NCBI GenBank assembly: GCA_947625505.1
Contig: CANQON010000003.1
Location: 35,571-99,570, forward strand
Reading direction: 5' to 3'
DNA from: an uncultured Bacilli bacterium
Lineage (GTDB): Bacteria > Bacillota_I > Bacilli_A > RF39 > UBA660
Length of the DNA: 64,000 bases
This document shows positions 1 to 8,261 of this stretch, in pieces; the stretch's first letter is position 1, and every line of letters begins with the position of its first letter. The notes under the pieces were generated by a model. The model made no database searches and was not told the origin of the DNA. It was given only the letters and a program-made list of their open reading frames with translations. A program made the position numbers and the translations under genes.

Positions 1-1
1 A

Positions 2-1060
2 ATGATTCCAACTATTTCAAGATGTGCAAATAGTCAAAATAAAGTTGATGAAGCCGATTTTTTCTCAAATCACCCTTATCATATTAGATTAGAAGAATAT
101 TCTAGAAAAATAATAGCTCCAGCAAAGAACGGAGACCAATTTGGCACTATTTGGTTTTATGAGCGAGCTAGAGGTCAATATACACAAGCACAAATGAAAT
201 TAACTAAAGCCGAAAGGATTAAGTTTCAAACTAAGAATCCTAAGAATCAATTAATTAAAAAAGTGGATTTATCTAAATATATTAACACCTTTGAATGTTT
301 ACCTCATATAGTAAGTAAAGGTGCTCAAAGTAGTATGAGATATTTTGCTGAAAAAATAGATAAGGATTGGGAAAAGTCAAATACACAATTTAATGATTAT
401 TATTATAAAAAAATCATTTCTTATGCGATTATTTTTAAAGATTTGGATAAAATGATTGCAGATCAAGATTGGTATAAAGAAATAAAAGCTTATAAAGCTA
501 ATATTGTAACTTATACAATTGCTGTAACAATTAATCAATTAAAAAAGAAATACCCAAATAAGAGTATTGATTATAAGAAAATTTGGAATGCTCAAAAAAT
601 GTACCCATCTTTGTCCAAACAATTGTTAAAAACATCACGTGCAATATTAAACTTTATCACATTAGAAGATAGACCTATATTAAATGTTACAGAGTGGTGT
701 AAAAAAGAAGCTTGTTGGGATAGAGCTAGGTCATTGGATTGGCCACTAGATAAAGAATTTATTAATGACTTAGTTGACTTGGATTTTGAAAAGCAGGATG
801 AAATTGCTGCAAAAAAGGAAAGAAAAGTTGACAATGAATTGAGTTTAGAAATAACCGTTATAAATTATGGAGATGACTATTGGAATAAAGTAATTCAATG
901 GACAGAAGGAAAAGGATTTCTTACTCCAATGGAAAAAGATTTATTGCTATTAGCAAGTAGAGCTGTATCTACTGGAAGAATACCATCGTCTAAACAAGCA
1001 GCAATTATTTTACAAACAAGAGAAAAACTTATAGAAGAAGGAATGCCAAAAGAATTTTAA
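2..1060 (+). CDS. AIPR-like abortive-infection/phage-resistance family protein, C-terminal 352 aa (5' end outside window)
   Basis: The ORF runs off the left edge. The block FGTIWFYERARGQYTQAQ resembles the conserved core I associate with AIPR proteins. It lies directly upstream of an m5C MTase/endonuclease pair, a usual AIPR neighbourhood. The family call is from memory and unverified. Confidence 0.45.
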   Translation: MIPTISRCANSQNKVDEADFFSNHPYHIRLEEYSRKIIAPAKNGDQFGTIWFYERARGQYTQAQMKLTKAERIKFQTKNPKNQLIKKVDLSKYINTFECLPHIVSKGAQSSMRYFAEKIDKDWEKSNTQFNDYYYKKIISYAIIFKDLDKMIADQDWYKEIKAYKANIVTYTIAVTINQLKKKYPNKSIDYKKIWNAQKMYPSLSKQLLKTSRAILNFITLEDRPILNVTEWCKKEACWDRARSLDWPLDKEFINDLVDLDFEKQDEIAAKKERKVDNELSLEITVINYGDDYWNKVIQWTEGKGFLTPMEKDLLLLASRAVSTGRIPSSKQAAIILQTREKLIEEGMPKEF

Positions 1061-1136
1061 ATTTTTTTAATTAGCTCTGGAAAAAATAATTAAAACCTGG
1101 TAAAATGGATACTATAAGATAGGGAGGAGTCATATA

Positions 1137-2387
1137 ATGCTAAAAATGGTAGAAACATTTAGCGGTATAGGTGCGCAAGCTAAGGCACTTAAGAATGCTA
1201 AAATAAGTTCTAAAATTTTAAATACTGCTGATTGGGATATTAATGCCATATTAGCATACGACTATATCCATAATGGTGATTATGTTGAACCAAATAAATA
1301 TTCAAAAATGAGCAAGGAAGAATTATTAAAGATTCTTTCTAAATATACTTTGAGTTTTGATGGAAAACAGCCGGCTAAAGCCGGTCAGTTAGAAAGACAA
1401 AATGTTAATTTTTTAAAAAGATTGTGTTTTTCAATTGATAGATCACATAATTTAGTTAGTGTAACTGATATAAAAGGTGAAGATTTACCAAATGATATGA
1501 ATATTTTAACGTACTCTTTTCCATGTCAAGACCTTTCTTTGGCTGGTTGTTGGCATGGCAATAATAGTGGCATTGATAGAGATGCAAATAATAGATCTAG
1601 TATGTTATGGCAAATTGAAAGGATATTATTAGAGAGAAAGCATCAAAATCTTTCAATGCCAAAATTCCTTTTAATGGAAAATGTAAGAAATATTATGTCC
1701 AAAAAACATGAAGCAAATTTTGATATGTGGAAAAGATCATTAAAAGGTATGGGATACGCTAATTATGTTTTTCCTTTAAATGCAGTTTATTTTGGAATCC
1801 CTCAAAAAAGGGTAAGAGCATACATGATTAGTGTATATGTTGGGAATAATAAAAAGTTGAAGAAAAAAGTTGACGATTATTTTCAAAAAAATGATTTAAG
1901 AAAAATTAAAGATCCTAAAGAATTAAATAGAAACGAAATTCATATTGAAGATATTTTGAAGATAGATTATTCTAATCCAATCTATAAAAAAGAAGCAGAA
2001 GAAAGTCAACCTAAGGATACTACTTCACGCAAAAATATTTATAGAGATAATGAAAAATTATATGCTGCAGGAAAGTTTGCAAAAATAGCACCTACTTTAA
2101 CTACTAAGCAAGATAGACATCCTAATTCTGGAGTAATAGATTTTAACAATGGGAAAAAAGGTATGAGTAATTTTAGATATATTACACCAAGAGAATGCTT
2201 TTTGTTTATGGGCTTTGATGAAGATGATTATAATAAATTAATAAACAACAATTTTTTGATTAATAAAAGAGGTAGCATTTTTACAAGAGATAAAATAAAC
2301 AAGATGGCAGGTAATAGTATTGTTGTTAATGTATTAGAAGAAATATTTAAACAAATAGATTATATTGATAAGAATATTCTAATATAA
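1137..2387 (+). CDS. DNA (cytosine-5)-methyltransferase
   Basis: Canonical m5C-MTase motifs occur in order: I ETFSGIGA (FxGxG), IV SFPCQDLS (PCQ catalytic Cys), VI LMENVRNI (ENV), VIII PQKRVRAYMI (QxRxR), X AGNSIVVNV (GNS). RBS GGGAGGAG lies upstream of the ATG. Confidence 0.92.
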   Translation: MLKMVETFSGIGAQAKALKNAKISSKILNTADWDINAILAYDYIHNGDYVEPNKYSKMSKEELLKILSKYTLSFDGKQPAKAGQLERQNVNFLKRLCFSIDRSHNLVSVTDIKGEDLPNDMNILTYSFPCQDLSLAGCWHGNNSGIDRDANNRSSMLWQIERILLERKHQNLSMPKFLLMENVRNIMSKKHEANFDMWKRSLKGMGYANYVFPLNAVYFGIPQKRVRAYMISVYVGNNKKLKKKVDDYFQKNDLRKIKDPKELNRNEIHIEDILKIDYSNPIYKKEAEESQPKDTTSRKNIYRDNEKLYAAGKFAKIAPTLTTKQDRHPNSGVIDFNNGKKGMSNFRYITPRECFLFMGFDEDDYNKLINNNFLINKRGSIFTRDKINKMAGNSIVVNVLEEIFKQIDYIDKNILI

Positions 2388-2443
2388 GTAATAGATAGGG
2401 CTTTCCTATCTATTTTTATGATATAATTTGTATAGGTGATAAT

Positions 2444-3655
2444 ATGTCGAGGATTATTAAATACGAAGATATCCCTAAACAAGAATATATTAATATTGAT
2501 ACAATATATCAAAATGGAGGGTATCAAGATGCAATGTCCTTACTAATGAAAGTAAGGAATGGTGGAGGTTTTAGGCCATGCAAAGGAAAGTCATACTATG
2601 TAATTCATTCAACTAAAAGTGATGTGGATTGGCCGGATTATTTTGATAATGAAATAGGATTATATACATATTATGGTGATAATAAAGAGCCTGGGTTTGA
2701 ATTACATTCAAAAATGGGAAATAAATTTTTAAAAGAAATATATGACAAACTAAGTTATGGAACAAGAGAAGAAAGAATGAAAATACAACCTATTTTTTTG
2801 TTTGAAAATAATAAAGAAAATCGCGGAGTACAGTATAGAGGACTTTTAGTTCCAGGCTATCCAAATATTAATGAAAAAGAATTTTTAGTTGCAATGTGGG
2901 CATCAAAGGGGAATAAAGAAAGATTTCAAAATTATAAAGCCTTATTTACAGTTTTAGATACGAGTGAGGGGTCATTTGATAAACCAAATGATGAAAGGAT
3001 CAATCTTAAATGGCTAGAAGACATAAAGCAAGGAATTTGCTATGAGAGTATTTATGCTCCAATTGCATATAAAAGATGGATTGATAGCGGAAAGTATACA
3101 CCTTTAGAATCAAGAAGATTAAGTGAGATACGAAGTAAAGAAGAACAATTACCACAGGATCCATTAAAGAAGAAAATGTTAAAACAAATATATAATTATT
3201 TTTATAATTCACAGAATAAGAAAGATTCAACTAGATTTGAACCCTTTGCTATTTTTATTTCAACTTTATCTGATGGTAATATAATTAAACTTGATAATAC
3301 TAGACCTACAAGAGATGGTGGACGAGATGGTATAGGTGAATATAGGATTATGAGCAAATCTGAAAGGCCATTAACAACTTTTTTTGCTGTAGAAGCAAAA
3401 TGTTATAATGAGAATGATTCAGTTGGGGTAAAGGAAACATCAAGATTAATTTCAAGAATAAAGCATAGACAATTTGGGGTTTTAGTAACAACTTCATTTG
3501 TTGCTAAGCAAGCATATGAGGAAATAATTGAAGATGGGCATCCAATTTCTATTATTTCAGGTGGAGATATAATAGAAATTTTGTATAGAAATGGATATCA
3601 TAGCTTGGAAAAACTAAATGAATTATTAGAAACAAATTTTCCAAAAAATGAATAA
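2444..3655 (+). CDS. Restriction endonuclease (Mrr-cat / PD-(D/E)xK-like C-terminal nuclease domain), probable partner of the MTase
   Basis: Same strand, 57 nt after the MTase. The C-terminal core TRDGGRDGIGEY ... FFAVEAKCY ... GVLVTTSF fits a D...ExK nuclease fold. The N-terminal ~270 aa are unassigned. Confidence 0.6.
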   Translation: MSRIIKYEDIPKQEYINIDTIYQNGGYQDAMSLLMKVRNGGGFRPCKGKSYYVIHSTKSDVDWPDYFDNEIGLYTYYGDNKEPGFELHSKMGNKFLKEIYDKLSYGTREERMKIQPIFLFENNKENRGVQYRGLLVPGYPNINEKEFLVAMWASKGNKERFQNYKALFTVLDTSEGSFDKPNDERINLKWLEDIKQGICYESIYAPIAYKRWIDSGKYTPLESRRLSEIRSKEEQLPQDPLKKKMLKQIYNYFYNSQNKKDSTRFEPFAIFISTLSDGNIIKLDNTRPTRDGGRDGIGEYRIMSKSERPLTTFFAVEAKCYNENDSVGVKETSRLISRIKHRQFGVLVTTSFVAKQAYEEIIEDGHPISIISGGDIIEILYRNGYHSLEKLNELLETNFPKNE

Positions 3656-3718
3656 AATTAAATAATGATATTAAAAAAATATAAATTAAAAAGATGATAA
3701 TCCGGTAAAGAGCGGAAG

Positions 3719-3738
3719 TTTCCGGACTAGTCCGGAAA
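3719..3738. repeat. Perfect 20-bp palindrome TTTCCGGACTAGTCCGGAAA
   Basis: Read directly; the two halves are exact reverse complements. It is GC-containing within very AT-rich intergenic DNA and has no flanking T-tract. Confidence 0.9.
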
Positions 3739-3755
3739 TAAATAATTTGCTTATC

Positions 3756-3776
3756 TTTTGGTCCATTGGACCAAAA
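3756..3776. repeat. Perfect 21-bp palindrome TTTTGGTCCATTGGACCAAAA
   Basis: Read directly. The 10-nt arms are exact reverse complements around a central T. Confidence 0.9.
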
Positions 3777-3865
3777 CTTAAAATTAGCTACAATAAAAGC
3801 ATACTCTCAATCTAACTAGTGTGCTTTTAAATTACTATTTTTTTCATTTTACCCTATCCTTTACT

Positions 3866-4036
3866 CTAAACATATTCAAAAAGAATTTGTTTAATTAGTT
3901 CATCTCTACTTGTGTAGTAAAACAATTGCTGTGGGCTCATGTAACCATACATAACCTTTATTATGTTGTTAGCCAAATTATATCTAGTTTCTAACTCATA
4001 CAAGTATTTCATTGAATAGTACAAGTCATAATTCAT
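3866..4036 (-). CDS. Small hypothetical protein (56 aa, MNYDLYYSMKYLYELETRYNL...)
   Basis: Not in the supplied track (<60 aa). ATG is preceded by the strong RBS AGGAGGTATAAACTTT. No recognisable family. Confidence 0.35.
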   Translation of the reverse strand: MNYDLYYSMKYLYELETRYNLANNIIKVMYGYMSPQQLFYYTSRDELIKQILFEYV

Positions 4037-4180
4037 AAAGTTTATACCTCCTTTCTATTGAGTAACCGAATTATAACATGTATATCAGAAACTGTCAAAA
4101 TAAGCTAGTGTGCCCAATGGACACACAACATACAAATAAATTATTTGTCTTATGGAAGAATTACTTGATAATACCAAGTA

Positions 4181-5086
4181 GTGCGAGGTGGTGATGGTTC
4201 AGAAGTTATATATGCTCTACGTAATAATGATACATTAGCTAATAGTATCTTAGATGAATTAGCTAAAGCAGGACAAAATATAAGAGGAGTATATCAAAGA
4301 AAATCAACTGTTAATCCTAATAAAGACTATTACTTTATGCAACGAAATACAGGAGATACAGAAAGTATTACCATTGAATATGGCTTCTTAGATAGTACTA
4401 AAGATGATGTAGCGCAAATAAAAAATAATTGGCAGAAATATGCTGAAGCAGCTGTTCAAGGTATACTTAATTATATTAAGGGAGGAACTATTGAAGAGGG
4501 GATATATATTGTTAAACAAGGAGACTCTTTATATAGTATAGCGAATAAGTATAATACAACAGTAAATGATATTAAAAGATTAAATAATTTAAGTAGTAAT
4601 GAATTATCAATAGGTCAAAGATTAAAAATACCTGTTATTAGTAACAATGATAATTATTACTTAGTTAAGAAAGGTGATACCTTATATAGTATTGCTCGTA
4701 ATAATAATATTACAGTCTTAGAATTAAAAAGATTAAATAACTTAACTAGTAATGAAATATATGAAGGACAAAAACTTATAATAAAGCCTAGTTCAAATAT
4801 TGATATTGATACATATACTGTTCAAGTTGGAGATACTTTATATAGTATAGCTAAAAAGTATGGTATTAGTGTTGATGAATTAAAAAAAGCTAATAATATT
4901 ACAAATAATTTATTATCTGTTAATCAAAAATTAATTATTCCTAAAACTAAGAGAATATATATAGTTCAAAATGGAGATACATTATATAAAATAGCTAATC
5001 AAAATAATACGACTGTTCAAAAAATAAAGGAATTGAATAATTTAACTAATGATTTATTGATGCTAGGTCAAGAATTATTTTTATAA
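4181..5086 (+). pseudogene. 5'-truncated N-acetylmuramoyl-L-alanine amidase (Amidase_3 C-terminal half) with four LysM repeats
   Basis: Only the distal half of the catalytic domain is present (GSEVIY..., DYYFMQRNTGDTESITIEYGFLD). Four LysM repeats follow (Y.V..GDTLYSIA..Y...V..LK.LNNL......GQ.L.IP). There is no signal peptide. An in-frame TAA sits at 4169..4171, and the only start is a GTG without an RBS. Confidence 0.55.
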
Positions 5087-5207
5087 AAAAGCCTAAAATA
5101 GCGAGTTATTGACCAATTTTAATAGTATGACATCAAAAAGTGGTCGATAACTTACTTTTATTTTGCAAATATATATATTTAAACTTTATTGCTAGTTATA
5201 AAGAAAT

Positions 5208-5975
5208 TTGATACAATCATTTAAAAAGATGGGAAAAATAAATATGAAATTATTAGAATTATTTAAGTTAAAAAAGGAATCAACTGAAGATTATTTTAAT
5301 TTAATTACTAAAGAAAATGAAGAGAATATGTATTCTTTTGATAAGAGATTTATGAATCAAGAAACAAAACTGTTAAAAATGTATGGTGCTGCTAGTACAT
5401 ATAACAAAAAAATAAAGATGATTGTTATAAGTGATACTCATAATTGTTTAAATGAAGAACAGTTCAAAAAATTTGTAGAGCAACATAAATCATATGATAT
5501 ATGTTTATTACTAGGAGATCATCATTCTAATGATATTTCTATAATCTTAAAATATATAGATAATAGTAAGATTTATGGCTTATTGGGTAATCATGATCAT
5601 AATTATTTAGAAGAGCATAATATCAATAATCTTAATGGTAAGATTATTAATATTAATGGTACAACAATATTAGGGATACAAGGTAGTTTTAAATATAAAC
5701 CATCTAATTTTCCATCATTTACCCAAAGAGAAAGTATATTATTTTTAAATGATAAACCTAGTGTTGATATATTAGTAAGTCATGATAATAGTTTTGATAG
5801 TAATATGAGTAGAAATCCTGCTCATCAAGGATTATTTGGTATTACATATTATCTATTTAAAAATAAAGTGCCATATCATATACATGGTCATATTCATCAT
5901 CCATATAAAAAAGAATTATTAAATGGTACAAAAGAGATAAGTGTCTATATGTATGAATACATAGAGTTAAATTAA
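5208..5975 (+). CDS. Metallophosphoesterase (calcineurin-like)
   Basis: Motifs in order: VISDTHN (DxH), LLLGDHH (GD), LLGNHD (GNH), VSHD, HGHIHH (GHxH). The start is uncertain (TTG 5208, ATG 5229 or ATG 5244). Confidence 0.7.
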   Translation: MIQSFKKMGKINMKLLELFKLKKESTEDYFNLITKENEENMYSFDKRFMNQETKLLKMYGAASTYNKKIKMIVISDTHNCLNEEQFKKFVEQHKSYDICLLLGDHHSNDISIILKYIDNSKIYGLLGNHDHNYLEEHNINNLNGKIININGTTILGIQGSFKYKPSNFPSFTQRESILFLNDKPSVDILVSHDNSFDSNMSRNPAHQGLFGITYYLFKNKVPYHIHGHIHHPYKKELLNGTKEISVYMYEYIELN

Positions 5976-6069
5976 TATCCAGTCCATATTAATAGATTGT
6001 CAAAAATAGAATAATATTATATAATAAATTCATACTTATGATAGATATTTTATATAAGGAGAAGATAGT

Positions 6070-6642
6070 ATGAAGATAGGCTCTACTAATAAAACTTTAA
6101 TAATATTCTTATCTTTGATTTATGTTATACCTATATTTTTATCAATAGTTATATTATCTCAATTTGATGCTAATAACAGTGGTATAATGCTTACAATAAT
6201 TGGAATAGTGTGGATAATTGCTTTTATTCTTACTTATTTCTTAATTAAAGAATTTAAAAAAAATCCTTATCCTTTTTCTTATCTAGTAGATTATGAAACA
6301 TTAATTACATATATGAAAGAAGAAGAAAAGTTTAGTTATGATAATAACTTAGAAGCGGGATTTCATTATTACTTATATCAAAATGGACAGAAAGTAGAAA
6401 TAGAGGCATGGCATTATATTTTTGCAAATAATGAAATAGATAAGGCTAAAGGAAATATATACTATTATAATAATGAAGAGTTTAATTCAATGGAAAGTTT
6501 AATTGAAAATAGAATAAGGTATTTTGAAGGGTATATTTTAATTGAATTAGTTGATACTGATAATACTATGCTTAATAATTATAAAAAAGCTCATCCAGAA
6601 TTAGATGTAGTGAAGCATATAGAAAGTTTAAATATAAAATAA
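6070..6642 (+). CDS. Hypothetical membrane protein (two N-terminal TM helices)
   Basis: RBS AAGGAGAAG precedes the ATG. Hydrophobic segments LIIFLSLIYVIPIFLSIVIL and MLTIIGIVWIIAFILTYFLI. No family recognised. Confidence 0.5.
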   Translation: MKIGSTNKTLIIFLSLIYVIPIFLSIVILSQFDANNSGIMLTIIGIVWIIAFILTYFLIKEFKKNPYPFSYLVDYETLITYMKEEEKFSYDNNLEAGFHYYLYQNGQKVEIEAWHYIFANNEIDKAKGNIYYYNNEEFNSMESLIENRIRYFEGYILIELVDTDNTMLNNYKKAHPELDVVKHIESLNIK

Positions 6643-6666
6643 AAAAGTAGACAAGCGTCTACTTTT
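6643..6666. terminator. Bidirectional intrinsic terminator between convergent genes
   Basis: AAAAGTAGAC-AAGC-GTCTACTTTT: a 10-bp stem with a 4-nt loop and A/T runs on both sides. Confidence 0.7.
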
Positions 6667-6667
6667 C

Positions 6668-7363
6668 TTATACAAATAATGGTAGTATTAATGTCATAAA
6701 GACAATTATTAAGATAGTTAATACACCAATAAATAATATTCTTCTTCTTGTATCGGCTTTATCTTGTTGCTTTTCATCTAGTATTTTAGAAGTAAGTTGT
6801 TGTCCTTGATTTTTATTAGTACCTGCTAAATCATCCATATTGAATTCAGGTGTTACATCATCAACAACTCTTTCTTGGGTATATCGATCATCAATAACGA
6901 TATTTTGCTCTGTAAAGACAGGCTTTTTTTCTTCTTCCACATTTATATCCTTGATATCCTCTGATTGTATACCATATAAAGCATTATAATCAAATGTTAT
7001 ATCGTCTCCAGTGGCACTTTCTTCTGTAGGTAGATCCTCAACAACTGAAGGCTGTACAGCATCTTGTTGTGGAGTAGGATTTAAATCAATTTCTGGTACA
7101 GGTTCAACAACTTCTGTAGTAACAGGAGCAGCTACCTGTGGTGTAGGCATAGCTTGTGCTACTTGAGGTGTAGGTGCTTGTGGTTCTTGTGCTTGAGTCG
7201 TTGCTACTGGTTGAGGCATTGTGACTGGTTGTGGTGCAACTGGCATAGGCGCTACAGGTTGAACAGGTACTTGAGGCATAGGTGCCTGTGGCATTGGTTG
7301 GCCTTGATAAGGCATACCTTGTGGTACTTGATTATATCCTCCATTATTTACATTATTATTCAT
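6668..7363 (-). CDS. Pro/Gln/Val-rich low-complexity protein with a single C-terminal TM anchor
   Basis: RBS GAAAGGGG. The N-terminal ~110 aa are PQ/PV repeats (PMPQAPMPQVPVQPVAPMPVAPQPV...). C-terminal TM is ILFIGVLTILIIVFMTLILPLFV. Confidence 0.6.
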   Translation of the reverse strand: MNNNVNNGGYNQVPQGMPYQGQPMPQAPMPQVPVQPVAPMPVAPQPVTMPQPVATTQAQEPQAPTPQVAQAMPTPQVAAPVTTEVVEPVPEIDLNPTPQQDAVQPSVVEDLPTEESATGDDITFDYNALYGIQSEDIKDINVEEEKKPVFTEQNIVIDDRYTQERVVDDVTPEFNMDDLAGTNKNQGQQLTSKILDEKQQDKADTRRRILFIGVLTILIIVFMTLILPLFV

Positions 7364-7380
7364 AGTTTTACCCCTTTCTT

Positions 7381-8130
7381 TTAAGCAGCTTGTGGAGGTT
7401 TAGGCTTCTTTACTAGTTGAGGTCCTTTTTGTTGTTTTTCAACTTTTTCATGACCTTGAGAAATAACCTGATATTGTTCTCCACGTTTCTCTATTGAATA
7501 TATCATACCATTATCATATATTATTTTGTTATTTAAATCAATATCTACATGATGACCTATTTCTTTTTCAAAGGCTTTAGCAGCTATAGCGATTTCTCTT
7601 TCTTCATTATTTGCAAGATTCATATTAACTTCATTTGATGCGACAGTGTCAGGAGTTATTTTAATTTTATCTTGCATATAATTCATAACATTTAAGGTGT
7701 TATTAGCGTTTTCCTGTTGAAATTGTTTATGTTCTTTTTGAACATCAGCCATCTGATCTTTTATATCACGATTAGAAACGGTATTATCTACTGTTATTTG
7801 TTCTCCTGTATTTTGATCTGTATAAGTTACTATTTCGTGACCATTAACCATATTGGTTTTAATATTATCTGTTTGAAGCTTCTTTCTTTCTTCTTCCTCT
7901 TTACGAATTTCTTCCATTATTTCTTGATATTCTTGTTCATTTAAGATGAAGTATCCATGTGTTCTAATTATGCCTAATAAGTGAGAGTTTTGTTCAAAAT
8001 CTTTCATTGTAGGATTTTTTTTCATAAAGTCTTCAATGCCATTAAATTTTTGTTTACGCATATATGCTTGGATAGTTTGTTTAGCAAAGGCACGACCATA
8101 TTTTTTAGTATATTTTTCTATTAAAGACAT
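7381..8130 (-). CDS. Hypothetical protein (charged, coiled-coil-like), probably co-transcribed with 6668..7363
   Basis: Long ORF located 17 nt upstream of the next gene on the same strand. No motif recognised. Confidence 0.5.
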   Translation of the reverse strand: MSLIEKYTKKYGRAFAKQTIQAYMRKQKFNGIEDFMKKNPTMKDFEQNSHLLGIIRTHGYFILNEQEYQEIMEEIRKEEEERKKLQTDNIKTNMVNGHEIVTYTDQNTGEQITVDNTVSNRDIKDQMADVQKEHKQFQQENANNTLNVMNYMQDKIKITPDTVASNEVNMNLANNEEREIAIAAKAFEKEIGHHVDIDLNNKIIYDNGMIYSIEKRGEQYQVISQGHEKVEKQQKGPQLVKKPKPPQAA

Positions 8131-8234
8131 ACTATCAACTCTTTTCGATACTTTATCACTATAATTATAACATAGATATTTAAATATTTTGTTGATAATT
8201 CTTGTTTAAGTAACTAATATTTGTCAATAAAGTG

Positions 8235-8261
8235 TATAAAAAAAGCTAGTGTTACTAGCTA
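8235..8261 (-). terminator. htpG intrinsic terminator
   Basis: Minus strand reads AGCTAGT-AAC-ACTAGCT followed by TTTTTTT. The hairpin overlaps the htpG stop codon. Confidence 0.65.

Noticed and set aside
3719-3776. The two palindromes as ordinary Rho-independent terminators for the endonuclease gene or the small minus-strand ORF.
   Set aside because: Neither hairpin is followed by a T-tract in either orientation. Every convincing terminator elsewhere in this window has one.
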